64,000 nt of DNA from positions 252,087-316,086 of the forward strand of contig NIVC01000528.1 in the NCBI GenBank assembly GCA_002269645.1, read 5' to 3'. Below the pieces are notes generated by a model. The model ran no database searches, was not told the origin of the DNA, and was given only the letters and a program-made list of their open reading frames with translations. Positions 13,795 to 33,749 of the stretch are shown here, in pieces. The DNA is from Macrostomum lignano. Its lineage: Eukaryota. Within the stretch, counting starts at the first letter, position 1; every line of letters begins with the position of its first letter. Made by a program: the position numbers and the translations under genes.

Positions 13795-14255
13795 CTTCAC
13801 TGGCAGATTCTGCTCGTGTGTGAAGCTTCACTGGCAGATTCTACTCGTGTGTGAAGCTTCACTGGCAGACTCTACTCGTGTGTGAAGCTTCACTGGCAGA
13901 TTCTACTCGTGTGTGAAGCTTCACTGGCAGATTCTACTCGTGTGTGTGTGAAGCTTCACTGGCAGATTCTACTTGTGTGTGAAGCTTCACTGGCAGATTC
14001 TACTCGTGTGTGTGTGAAGCTTCACTGGCAGATTCTACTCGTGGCTGAAGCTTCACTGGCAGATTCTACTCGTGTGTGAAGCTTCACTGGCAGATTCTAC
14101 TCGTGTGTGAAGCTTCACTGGCAGACTCTACTCGTGTGTGAAGCTTCACTGGCAGACTCTACTCGTGTGTGAAGCTTCACTGGCAGATTCTACTTGTGTG
14201 TGAAGCTTCACTGGCAGATTCTACTCGTGTGTGAAGCTTCACTGGCAGATTCTCA
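13795..14255. repeat. 31-nt minisatellite (tggcagattctactcgtgtgtgaagcttcac)
   Basis: About 15 copies ending about 30 nt before the CNG start codon. Confidence 0.93.
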
Positions 14256-14285
14256 CACTTAATCCTCGGAGATCCAAACGGGAAA

Positions 14286-17200
14286 ATGTCCAACCCGTCG
14301 GCCTCGGGCAACCAGCTGGGGTCCAGCAGCCGTAGACAGCGTAGCAGCTTCGCAGCCGTGGACCCGGACAGTCCGGCCGCATTCTGCTGGTCCGCTGCGG
14401 TGTCTTTCGCCGTCCTTTATAACCTCTGGCTGCCGCTGTTCCGCCTGGCCTTCGCCGAGGTGACCGCCGCCACAGCGCGCGTGTGGCTGCCGCTGGACTA
14501 TGCGGCCGACTGCGTCTACCTGGCGGACATTGCTGTGTCCCTGCGCACCGGCTTCCTGGAGGACGGCGTGCGGCAGCTCGACCCGGCGAAGATGCGGGCT
14601 CGCTACCTGGCTAGCGGCAGATTCTGCGCCGACTGTTTGAGCCTGCTGCCCCTGGACTGCCTCTACCTTGCATTGGGCTTCAGCTCGGCGCTCCGGGCCC
14701 TCCGGCTGTGCAAGGTGGATGGATAAATGCCAATGCAGCGTATATCGATAGGTTGTTGAGGGCTGGACTTCGGGACTTAGGGCGTCTTGGCCGTAGACAT
14801 TCTCAGCGAGCAAACTGCTTCAGCTGGTTTAACTTGTGCGAAGATCTTGCACGAACCTCTAAACTACTGTGAATGGCGTCTACATGCGCAATACCTGGGG
14901 GAGGGATCTCAAGTCACATATAGTCTGTGGGGAAGAGATCTCAAGGCGCATACAGACTCCAAGGGAGAGATCTCAAGGCGCATACAGTCTCCAAGGGAGA
15001 GTTCTCAAGGCACATACAGTCTCCAAGGGAGAGTTCTCAAGGCACATAGTCTCCAAGGAAGAGATCTCAAGGCGCATACAGCTTCCAAGGAAGAGATCTC
15101 AAGGCACATACAGACTCCAAGGGAGAGATCTCAAGGCGCATACAGCTTCCAAGGAAGAGATCTCAAGGCACATACAGACTCCAAGGGAGAGTTCTCAAGG
15201 CGCATACAGCTTCCAAGGAAGAGATCTCAAGGCACATACAGACTCCAAGGAAGAGATCTCAAGGCACATACAGACTCCAAGGGAGAGTTCTCAAGGTGCA
15301 TACAGCCTCCAAGGAAGAGATCTCAAGGCACATACAGACTCCAAGGGAGAGTTCTCAAGGTGCATACAGCCTCCAAGGAAGAGATCTCAAGGCATATACA
15401 GACTCCAAGGGAGAGTTCTCAAGGTGCATACAGCTTCCACACGTCCCCGCAGGTGTACAAGCTGGCGCAGTTCCTGGACAGGCTCGAACGGCACGCCAGC
15501 TACCCGAACTGTGTCCGAGTCGCCAAGCTGCTGCACCACCTGCTGTTTCTGATCCACGCCAACGCCTGCCTGCTGCAGCTGTGGGGTGCCACCGCGCCAG
15601 AGAGCTCGGAGGGTAGCTCAGCCATCGCCGAGCGGTACTTGAGCAGCCTCTACCGCAGCTGCCTGTCAGTGGCTTTGATGTCCGACCTGCCGCTGTCCAG
15701 CAGACGCGCCACCGATTGCGCCTTTGCCGTCTCGCAGATGGTGTTGGGCCTGCTGGTCTTCGCCAGCGTCCTGGGTCACGTGACCGCCATGCTGGCCGAC
15801 TGCGACAGGGGAAGGCAGGATTTCCAGAGTGAGCTGGCGGAGTGACACGTTTTGCAAGTCCCGACATCCAATCTGTTTGTTGATCCTATAGGATAGCTAC
15901 TATCTATAGTCAATAATTGACACTAATTATAGTCAATCCTGACACTAATTATAGTCAATCCTGACACTAATTATAGTCAATCCTGACACTCATTGCGGCG
16001 ATACTGCACCGATTATAGGAAATTTTCTGGTATTCCATACGATTTCATTCTGCAGTACACGCGCATGTAGACACGCCAGTACAGACAGTGTCCTGGCACA
16101 GACACAGCGGATACAGACAGTTCACTTAGTAGGGCCGTAGCAGCTAAAGCGGTCTAGCGCGGCGCGGCGCTCTGATGCGCCAGCGGCCCAGGCTCGATTC
16201 CAAGTGCAGTCACATTAATTTGGGGCTGAATTGGAATCTCGGCTTGGCTCTGCTCGTGCAATTAACGGCCTTGAGGGCCAACCCCCAAGGCACAGTGAAG
16301 TGTACATGCCTAACGATGAATCAAGTTAGGGCCGCTGTACACTCCTGTGTGAGTGTGTGCCTGTGCGTATGACTGCGTACGCATTCGCGCGCTTGTGTGC
16401 CTGCTCAGCGGAGCCGGCTTAAAGTGCGCCAGGGCGCACACAGCCCCTGCCTCTAATAAACTCTTGTGCAGTGCCCCAACCGCCTAGCAATGCCAGGAAA
16501 TGGTTGCATACTTGAAAAACTCGCCTGGCACCCAGCCCTGGGCCCGCCGCCAATACAGCAAGAGTATTGATAAATCGACCAGCTGCCCAGACAAGCCCTG
16601 GGCAAATATTTGATGTCGGGGCAAACAGCTGAGGCGAAATCGGGGAAGACGCGAAGCAGAAAACTCGTATTTTATTTGATTTTGGTATTCACTGAATCTT
16701 TGGGTTTGCTGCGGATGAGTGACAGGTTGGAATTGGGTCAGATGTGGCTGCGGTGCCTGAGGCCTTGGAGACGACATGAGGTCGGAATCGCATCTGCTAT
16801 CTGGACGATTCTGGGGATGCAAGATTAATAGGCTAGTGTGTAGCCCCACTGACATGTAGGTTTCCATTAGTAGTGCATGTAACCCTTCATAAAATTATGA
16901 TCAGTAAGTTGCCTGACCTAAGATTAGGGTCAGTAAGTTGCCTGACCTAAGATTAGGGTCAGTAAGTTGCCTGACCTAAGATTATGATCAGTAAGTTTCC
17001 TGACCTAAGATTAGGGTCAGTAAGTTGCCTGACCTAAGATTAGGATCAGTAAGTTTCCTGACCTAAGATTAGGGTCAGTAAGTTGCCTGACCTAAGATTA
17101 TGATCAGTAAGTTTCCTGACCTAAGATTAGGATCAGTAAGTTGCCTGACCTAAGATTATGATCAGTAAGTTGCCTGACCTAAGATTAGGGTCAGTAAGTT

Positions 17201-20200
17201 GCCTGACCTAAGATTATGATCAGTAAGTTGCCTGACCTAAGATTATGATCAGTAAGTTGCCTGACCTAAGATTAGGATCAGTAAGTTGCCTGACCTAAGA
17301 TTATGATCAGTAAGTTGCCTGACCTAAGATTATGATCAGTAAGTTGTCTGACCTAAGATTAGGATCAGTAAGTTGCCTGACCTAAGATTATGATCAGTAA
17401 GTTGCCTGACCTAAGATTATGATCAGTAAGTTGCCTGACCTAAGATTAGGATCTGTAAGTTTCCTGACCTAAGATTAGGGTCAGTAAGTTGCCTGACCTA
17501 AGATTATGATCAGTAAGTTGCCTGACCTAAGATTAGGATCAGTAAGTTGCCTGACCTAAGATTATGATCAGTAAGTTGCCTGACCTAAGATTATGATCAG
17601 TAAGTTGCCTGACCTAAGATTAGGATCAGTAAGTTGCCTGACCTAAGATTAGGGTCAGTAAGTTGCCTGACCTAAGATTAGGGTCAGTAAGTTGCCTGAC
17701 CTAAGATTATGATCAGTAAGTTTCCTGACCTAAGATTAGGGTCAGTAAGTTGCCTGACCTAAGATTAGGATCAGTAAGTTTCCTGACCTAAGATTAGGGT
17801 CAGTAAGTTGCCTGACCTAAGATTATGATCAGTAAGTTTCCTGACCTAAGATTAGGATCAGTAAGTTGCCTGACCTAAGATTATGATCAGTAAGTTGCCT
17901 GACCTAAGATTAGGGTCAGTAAGTTGCCTGACCTAAGATTATGATCAGTAAGTTGCCTGACCTAAGATTATGATCAGTAAGTTGCCTGACCTAAGATTAG
18001 GATCAGTAAGTTGCCTGACCTAAGATTATGATCAGTAAGTTGCCTGACCTAAGATTATGATCAGTAAGTTGTCTGACCTAAGATTAGGATCAGTAAGTTG
18101 CCTGACCTAAGATTATGATCAGTAAGTTGCCTGACCTAAGATTATGATCAGTAAGTTGCCTGACCTAAGATTAGGATCTGTAAGTTTCCTGACCTAAGAT
18201 TAGGGTCAGTAAGTTGCCTGACCTAAGATTATGATCAGTAAGTTGCCTGACCTAAGATTAGGATCAGTAAGTTGCCTGACCTAAGATTATGATCAGTAAG
18301 TTGCCTGACCTAAGATTATGATCAGTAAGTTGCCTGACCTAAGATTAGGGTCAGTGAGTTGCCTGACCTAAGATTATGATCAGTAAGTTGCCTGACCTAA
18401 GATTATGATCAGTAAGTTGCCTGACCTAAGATTAGGATCTGTAAGTTTCCTGACCTAAGATTAGGGTCAGTAAGTTGCCTGACCTAAGATTATGATCAGT
18501 AAGTTTCCTGACCTAAAATTAGGGTCAGTAAGTTTCCTGACCTAAGATTAGGATCAGTAAGTTGCCTGACCTAAGATTAGGATCAGTAAGTTGCCTAACC
18601 TAAGATTAGGATCCCTAAGTTGCCTGACCTAAGATTAGAATCAGTAAGTTGCCTGACCTAAGATTAGGATCAGTAAGTTGCCTGACCTAAGATTAGGATC
18701 AGTAAGTTGCCTGACCTAAGATTATGATCAGTAAGTTGCCTGACCTAAGATTATGATCAGTAAGTTGCCTGACCTAAGATTAGGATCTGTAAGTTTCCTG
18801 ACCTAAGATTATGATCAGTAAGTTGCCTGACCTAAGATTATGATCAGTAAGTTGCCTGACCTAAGATTATGATCAGTAAGTTGCCTGACCTAAGATTATG
18901 ATCAGTAAGTTGTCTGACCTAAGATTAGGGTCAGTGAGTTGCCTGACCTAAGATTATGATCAGTAAGTTGCCTGACCTAAGATTATGATCAGTAAGTTGC
19001 CTGACCTAAGATTAGGATCTGTAAGTTTCCTGACCTAAGATTAGGGTCAGTAAGTTGCCTGACCTAAGATTATGATCAGTAAGTTTCCTGACCTAAGATT
19101 AGGGTCAGTAAGTTTCCTGACCTAAGATTAGGATCAGTAAGTTGCCTGACCTAAGATTAGGATCAGTAAGTTGCCTAACCTAAGACTAGGATCACTAAGT
19201 TGCCTGACTTAAGATTAGAATCAGTAAGTTGCCTGACCTAAGATTAGGATCAGTAAGTTGCCTGACCTAAGATTAGGATCAGTAAGTTGCCTGACCTAAG
19301 ATTAGGATCTGTAAGTTGCCTGACCTAAGATTAGGATCTGTAAGTTGCCTGACCCAAGATTAGGATCAGTAAGTTGCCTGACCCAAGATTAGGATCAGTA
19401 GTTGCCTGACCTAAAATTAGAATAGGTTTTGCGGCATCCAACCTAAACTTAGGACTCAAAGTCCCCCTGCCAAAGTTCGCCCCCTGCCGCGACCCGCAGG
19501 CCGCCTGGACCAGGTCAAGAGCTACATGGAGAACCGTCGGGTGCCTCATCAGCTGCAGCGGCGCGTAATTCGCTGGTTCGATCATCTCTGGCGCCACTCG
19601 GGCCTTCAGGACTGCAACGAGACGGCGGCGCTGGCCTCGCTGCCGGACAAGCTGCAGGCGGAGCTGGCCATCCATGCGCACCTGGACACGCTGAAGCGGG
19701 TGGACATGTTCCACAACACTGAGGAGGGCTTCCTCACCGACCTGGTGTTGCGCCTGCGGCCGGTGCTCTTCTCGCCTGGGGATTTCGTGTGCAGGAAGGG
19801 TGAGATTTTGAGCAGGGTGGGGTGAGATTTTGGACAGGGCGTATGAGATTTTGGACAGGGTGGGGTGAGATTTTGGACAGGGTGGGTGAGATTTTGGACA
19901 GGATGGGGTGAGATTTGTACAGGATGGGGTGAAATTTGAACAGGATAGGGTAAGGTTTTCGACAGGGTAGGGTGAGATTTTGGACAGGGTTTGGTTAGAC
20001 TTTATACAAGAGAAGTGAGATTTTTGGCACGGTGGGTGAGATTTTGGACAAGGTGGGTGATTTTATACAGGATGGGGCGAGATTTTAGTAAGTAGGGTGA
20101 TTGTCTAGTAGATAAGGCTGAGATTTGAGATTAGATTGAGACTGCCCCATGTAGCCATCAATTCTCGCCTCCCGGCCGCAGGCGAGGTGGGCCGGCAGAT

Positions 20201-20508
20201 GTACATTGTGAGCCAGGGCCGGCTGCAGGTGATGTCAGACGGCTCCGACCGCGCCCTGGCCACGCTGCGGGCCGGCTGCTACTTTGGCGAGATCTCCGTG
20301 CTGAGCCTCGGCCGCATGGGCAGCCGGCGCACGGCCTCAGTGCGCTCTGTGGGCTACTCGCAGCTGCTCTGCCTGGCCCGCGCCGACCTCTGGGCGGTGC
20401 TGGAGGACCACCCGGCGGCCCGTGTGCAGCTGGAAGCCATCGCGACGCGGCGGCTCAGGGCGATCGAGCAAAGGACCACTGGGGAGGGTGAGAGATTGGA
20501 TTGTGGCC

Positions 20509-20563
<55 letters not shown>

Positions 20564-20660
20564 TGGACAGGCAGACAGACAGACAGATAGACAGGCAGAC
20601 AGGCAGACAGACAGACAGACAGACAGACAGACACTCTGACAGACAGACAGACAGACAGGC

Positions 20661-20733
<73 letters not shown>

Positions 20734-20860
20734 CTCTGACAGACAGACAGACAGACAGGCAGACAGACAGACAGACAGACAGATAGACAGGCAGACAGGC
20801 AGACAGACAGACAGACAGACAGACAGACACTCTGACAGACAGACAGACAGACAGGCAGGC

Positions 20861-20951
<91 letters not shown>

Positions 20952-21447
20952 GAGACAGACAGACAGACAGACAGTCACAGACAGAACTGCACAGAAACAG
21001 AACTGCTTTCAAAACCTGCAGAAAACCGTAGCTTCGCAGTTGGCGTGCCAAACAATTCGAGCATGACAGTCGCAAATTATAAATTGGAATTTCGATTCTT
21101 TGCATGCACAGTCTTTACATTGAAATCCAGTTTTGCACTCAGGATTAGCAAGGCTTAGAAGGATTAGCAGAAGGCAGTCAGGTCAAACAGATCGTCAAAT
21201 CACGCTTTAAGCACAAAACAACTCAATATTAAGAACAACTGGTGCGTTAAAGCCTTCATGGGGAAAACGTATTTATTAGGAGAAAATGTTTTTATTTCTA
21301 CTGTACAGTAGTATAGATCGGGCATGAAAATATCAGATTTCACGCATTGCAGTGACGAGGAGCTCGACGGACCGCATTCAGGCGTCGGCGGTGAACGAAC
21401 CCGGGACTGTGGACTGCCTGCGGCAGGTCGCTGCCAAGAAAGACTGA
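14286..21447 (+). CDS. Cyclic-nucleotide-gated channel alpha-like subunit (divergent pore)
   Basis: Exons 14286-14714, 15453-15828, 19500-19799, 20182-20487 and probably 21353-21447 (last exon less certain); phases are consistent. S1-S6 segments, C-linker RLDQVKSYM..RVIRWFDHLW, CNBD FSPGDFVCRKGEVGRQMYIV..FGEISVL..RRTASVRSVGYS. Confidence 0.9.
14900..15440. repeat. ~31-nt minisatellite (ctccaagggagagatctcaaggcacatacag)
   Basis: Tandem copies in CNG intron 1. Confidence 0.93.
16132..16462 (+). mobile_element. tRNA-derived SINE, copy 1
   Basis: tRNA-like head with B-box-like GGCTCGATTCC. The body aligns by eye with 49375-49670; ends cacagcccctgcctctaataaa. Confidence 0.75.
16895..19420. repeat. 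29-nt minisatellite (gatcagtaagttgcctgacctaagattat), ~2.5 kb, with higher-order duplication
   Basis: About 87 copies; variant patterns recur at 725 nt (25 units) and 580 nt (20 units). Confidence 0.97.
19800..20090. repeat. ~22-nt degenerate repeat (gggtgagattttggacagggtg) starting at the splice donor
   Basis: The first unit includes the exon 3 donor GTGAG at 19800. Confidence 0.85.
20508..20985. repeat. (GACA)n microsatellite
   Basis: Direct observation; CNG intron 4. Confidence 0.98.
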
Positions 21448-21861
21448 CACAATTGATCATTGCCTACAAACATGATTCATACAGGATATGCGCGCGACCA
21501 CCTTACTTGTTGAACTACTGAAAGTAGAAATGTTAGAATTTAAATAAATAAAAATAATTGTTCCATTTTATTCCAAGACAAGGAAGTTCTTAGACCAGAA
21601 TCTGAAGGAACAACTATTCAACAATGAAATTAAAAAATGCGTTCTTTCTGATCTATCAGACATTGATCTATCTGATCTCTACAATCAATCCATTGACTGA
21701 ACTACGATCTACATATCTGATCTATTCGATCTATTCATTCAGCTCAGCTGTCCCTCCAGACTTCGGCTCAGTTCTCCTTTGCCTCAACAAGAACGAAAAG
21801 TCGGTCTATCTGATACATGCATGTAAATAACACTGACACTTGTAAAGTATATTTCCAAGCC

Positions 21862-29397
<7,536 letters not shown>

Positions 29398-30289
29398 CTG
29401 GAAAAATTGGTATAAGCAGGACTACAGGACAGATAAAATCATACATGTCAATCATAGAGATTAAGGAGAATGAGAACACGAAATTCGCAACTCGGGAAGT
29501 GTTCAAAACGTGAAGAGAGAATGGCAGGACTGGGCAGTTTGCTTATCTCTAAAGTAAGCCCAGATTAAGCTCGAGAGCTTTCAGCGAACTTGTTTTGAGC
29601 CTCAAGCCGGGATGGAAATCAGCCCGAACAGAAGACATTGAGAGATCATGAGCTGCCTTCAAAGACTTTCTTCTATTCTCCCTCTAGTCTGCATATCTGC
29701 ATTGGTCTAATCCCGTTTCATGTTGCTGCATGGGGACTTTGAGCTCAGCGGGGCGGAACTGATGAAGGAATAGAGCAGCATCCCGAGCAGCGGGAGCTCT
29801 ATACCTAATGAGAAACCCATATTGGAAAGTACATCGAACCATGCAAATTCTTCAATACAGAACAGCAAGGCTCAAAAGCCGATCTTTTGGAATGTTTATT
29901 TCGATTCTGAAATCTTATTAAATCTTATTTCTAATGAAAAGGGAGCAGATGGTTCGGCTTTAGGGAAATTACTCTTAGGCAAGAGCAGGAAAGAATTTAC
30001 TCAAAGTCAACGCAAATAAACGCGGCTTGGCGTTTTATCTTTTGAGAAAACGTCAATGCCTTGACTGGCGAGCTGAGCTCAAAGCTGTCGGGTGATCGCC
30101 CGGAGCTGCGTACAGTGTATATGGATCAAACACCTGAGACTGCAGGAAGACTAAGACTAAAATTAGATTAAGACTAAGATGCAGGCTTGATTAACTTCGA
30201 TCACAAACAAACGCGATTTGGAGATGGAAGCTTGCTGCTGTATGCGGTATCTCCCGAATTCCTCTTAGCGTCTGACTCATATCCCATAT

Positions 30290-31110
30290 CCCTCTTCTCT
30301 CTGCATCTCCCTCCTCTCCCATCTCTTGCCTCTCTACATATCCCTCCTCTCCCATCTCTTTCCTCTCTGCATCTCATACCTCTCCCATCTCCCTCTCCCA
30401 TCTCTTTCCTCTCTGCATCTCCCACCTCTCCCATCTCCCTCTCCCATCTCTTTCCTCTCTGCATCTCCCACCTCTCCCATCTCCCTCTCCCATCTCTTTC
30501 CTCTCTGCATCTCCCTCCTCTCCCATCTCCCTCCTCTCTCTGCATCTCCCTCCTCTCTCATCTCTCCTCTCTCTGCATCTCCCTCCTCTCCCATCTCCCT
30601 CCTCTCTCTGCATCTCCCTCCTCTCTCATCTCTCCTCTCTCTGCATCTCCCTCCTCTCCCATCTCCCTCCTCTCTCTGCATCTCCCTCCTCTCTCTGCAT
30701 CTCCCTCCTCTCTCTGCATCTCCCTCCTCTCCTATCTCCCTCTCTCTGCATCTCCCTCCTCTCCCATCTCCCTCTCTCTGCATCTCCCTCCTCTCCCATC
30801 TCCCTCTCTCTGCATCTCCCTCCTCTCCCATCTCTCTCTCTCTGCATCTCCCTCCTCTCCCATCTCCCTCCTCTTTCTGCATCTCCCTCCTCTCTCTGCA
30901 TCTCCCTCCTCTCCCATCTCCCTCCTCTCTCTGCATCTCCCTCCTCTCTCTGCATCTCCCTCCTCTCCCATCTCCCTCCTCTCTCTGCATCTCCCTCCTC
31001 TCCCATCTCCCTCCTCTCTCTGCATCTCCCTCCTCTCCCATCTCCCTCCTCTCCTATCTCCCTCCTCTCTCTGCACCTCCCTCCTCTCCCATCTCCCTCC
31101 TCTCTCGCCC
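30290..31110. repeat. CT-rich tandem repeat (ctgcatctccctcctctcccatctccctcctctct)
   Basis: Polypyrimidine tandem array. Confidence 0.9.
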
Positions 31111-31255
31111 TCTATTTCGAGAAATAGAATCAAATAAAAGAGCAGGTGTAACTGAGCTCTCTACAAAGGACAAAAAGCTGCTAGTAAGAGCCAACAGACT
31201 CCGCAATTTTATTGGCAAAAACAGCTCAAAGCGACTGCGTTTTACTATTTAATAG

Positions 31256-31292
<37 letters not shown>

Positions 31293-32246
31293 TAATAATG
31301 CTAAAATATCAGACTGAAGGCTAAATATTGAACAATTAAATTAATTAGATTGGAATGGAAATTGCACATATTGATAACAAACAATAAATTTGGATATTAT
31401 AGCATAAAATCGAACTGGGACTGACCAGTCTCGCTAGATTCTATCATTAATAACAACTTTTAAATAAAGTTTTCGATTAACAGATAGGGGAGAGGGTAAA
31501 GCAGGGAAATACTTAGCAATGTGTACAGACTGAGTACAAGTTGGCCGCCTGCCTGCTCACAGCTCTTCTGTGACATGATTAGGTGAGAAAAATTGCATTA
31601 TTAGTGCCATACGGCAGTCGAGTATTTAAAGTCTGTTGGTGCTTGGTTAGAATAAAATAGACAAAAAAAGCATATTTTTATTTTTAACAGCTAAAGCTAA
31701 TCAATAAAATATTGACGATTATTTCATTTCGCAGGGACCAGTACATCAACCAACAAGCATTTTTATTGAAGCCAAAATAATGGACAAGCATGGGCAATTT
31801 AGTGTGAGCACTAGAGCAGCAGCTGCTGTATTGCATTGAAAACTCGGACTTCAAGCAAAAAGTCTACACAAAAAGACAAGAGAAGCTGCTTAGCTGAAAT
31901 TTGCACAACGATAGGCCTGTAGAAATCAATCTATGAATTAGACGCTACTAAATCTACCCGAATAAGCATTAAAATACAATAGTTGGAACTAATTGACTGA
32001 TAACTAAATTAGGTTTTATCATTGCATTAAACTCTCAAAATAAAAAAATGCTTTAAACAATTGTGTGAGACAACACAAATTTTCTTAAACAAAAGATGAT
32101 ATTTAAAAACGATCTGGTGAACGAACTCTAAACGCTAAGCTACTCATACTCAAGTTTTAATTAATAATTCTAACTATTTTTCTGCACACACTGTAGGCGG
32201 TTTGCCATCCCGGCTGCGTTTTAGCATTTTCCAAGAAACTACTCAT

Positions 32247-33749
32247 TCAAGCCTCCTTTTCTTCGGCCGCAACCAATTTCTCAGCTTCCGACTTGGCTTC
32301 TCCATCTTCCTGCAGCTGCACCAGGAACACCTTCTGCACTAAGCGAGTGAGATCGGAGGTCCAGCGCAGCAGAGACTTCGGCTTGTTAGTCCAGGCCACG
32401 CCGATCAGGTACACCGGCACAGCTGTCAGGATGATCACCACGCCCATGGCGCACTCCCAGAAAGCTCCAATGAAGGCGTTGGCGCACAGCAGCACGGTGA
32501 ACATGGTGTACACAATCGGGAATATGATTGGCACGCGAACCGGGCGCGGATCGTTAGGCCGCTTGACGCGCAGGTACAGCACGATGGAGACGGACAGGCC
32601 GATGGCCAGCCAGTTCACGAAGCCCATGTAGTTCACCAGCACGTAGATGTCGTCAATGGTGAGATAGACAAGCGAGATGAGACCCACCAGCAGCACAGCG
32701 GGTAGCGGGGTCAGCAGGCGCTGCTGGATCATGCACAGAAAGCTGGGCATCTGACCTTCCTCGGCGGCCACAAAGAATATCCGCGACGTGGTCAGCAGGA
32801 CGCCGTTCACACCGCCGAATGTAGACAGGGACACGAAGATCGGCATGACGGCGGCCAGGAAGCCGGAGATTTTCTTAGCAAATAGGATGGCAACAGCCGG
32901 TGTGGTCACGAACTCGGCAACTGGAACCGTGGTGAAGTAGGCGGCGTTGGCCAGGACGTACACCACAGTGACGATGGCGCATGAGATGAAGATTGCCAGG
33001 GGCAGGTCGCGCTGCGGGTTCTTCATCTCGCCAGTGACGCAGTTCAGGTAATTCCAACCGTTGTAGGCAAACAGGCCAGAGTAGAAGGCGCGCACGAGGT
33101 TGCCGACGCCCATCACCGAGTCGGCGAACGGCTCCTCAAAGAACTCGACTTTGCCTCGGCCGACCTGGACGCAACCGGCGATGATGATGATAATTAGGGC
33201 GAGCGTTTTGCCCCAGGTGCAGATGTCCTGAATCCAGGTGGAGGCGCGGATGCTCCAGCAGTTAGCGGCCGTCAAGATTGTCAAGCAGAGCGCGGCTAGC
33301 AGCTTCTCGGTGATGATTGGCGGCTGGCAGCCGGTGAAAAATGGCTCCAGGATGTACTTGGCAAAGGTGAGGGCTATGATGGTCTGAGAGCAAGGGCGCA
33401 TGACGAGGATCTCGCACCACATACGCAGGAAGGCCATGAATGGCCCAAAGGCCACCAGGAAGTAGGCGTAGTCAGCGCCAGAGCGCTGGATCATTGTGCC
33501 AAGCTCGGCGTAGCTGTACGCCCCGAAGAAGCTGTAGACGCCGCACAAGACCCAGACTAGCAGCGAGGCCCCGATGCTGTTCACCTCCTTGAAGATGCCG
33601 GTCGGACTAACAAAAATCCCCGAACCGATGATGGAGCCAACGATGATGCTGACGCCGTTCATTAGAGTGATCTTCTTTTGCAGCTGCACTGGGGAGGCCG
33701 CATCGGCCGAGTCGGCCTGCTCACCAGATTTCTTCTTACACAGCGGCAT
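32247..33749 (-). CDS. SLC7 L-type amino-acid transporter light chain (LAT1/LAT2/y+LAT family), 500 aa, intronless CDS
   Basis: Complete ORF with NGVSIIVGSIIGSGIFVSP, YAELGTMIQRSGADYAY, FYSGLFAYNGWNYLN, EMKNPQRDLPLAIFIS and about 12 hydrophobic segments. Confidence 0.96.
   Translation of the reverse strand: MPLCKKKSGEQADSADAASPVQLQKKITLMNGVSIIVGSIIGSGIFVSPTGIFKEVNSIGASLLVWVLCGVYSFFGAYSYAELGTMIQRSGADYAYFLVAFGPFMAFLRMWCEILVMRPCSQTIIALTFAKYILEPFFTGCQPPIITEKLLAALCLTILTAANCWSIRASTWIQDICTWGKTLALIIIIIAGCVQVGRGKVEFFEEPFADSVMGVGNLVRAFYSGLFAYNGWNYLNCVTGEMKNPQRDLPLAIFISCAIVTVVYVLANAAYFTTVPVAEFVTTPAVAILFAKKISGFLAAVMPIFVSLSTFGGVNGVLLTTSRIFFVAAEEGQMPSFLCMIQQRLLTPLPAVLLVGLISLVYLTIDDIYVLVNYMGFVNWLAIGLSVSIVLYLRVKRPNDPRPVRVPIIFPIVYTMFTVLLCANAFIGAFWECAMGVVIILTAVPVYLIGVAWTNKPKSLLRWTSDLTRLVQKVFLVQLQEDGEAKSEAEKLVAAEEKEA

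Noticed and set aside
16132-16200. tRNA genes at the SINE heads (also ~49375-49435)
   Set aside because: No complete cloverleaf, and both continue into a shared non-tRNA body, so they are SINEs.
29560-29810. Additional upstream FANCA exon
   Set aside because: No frame gave a stop-free, phase-compatible exon with recognisable similarity.
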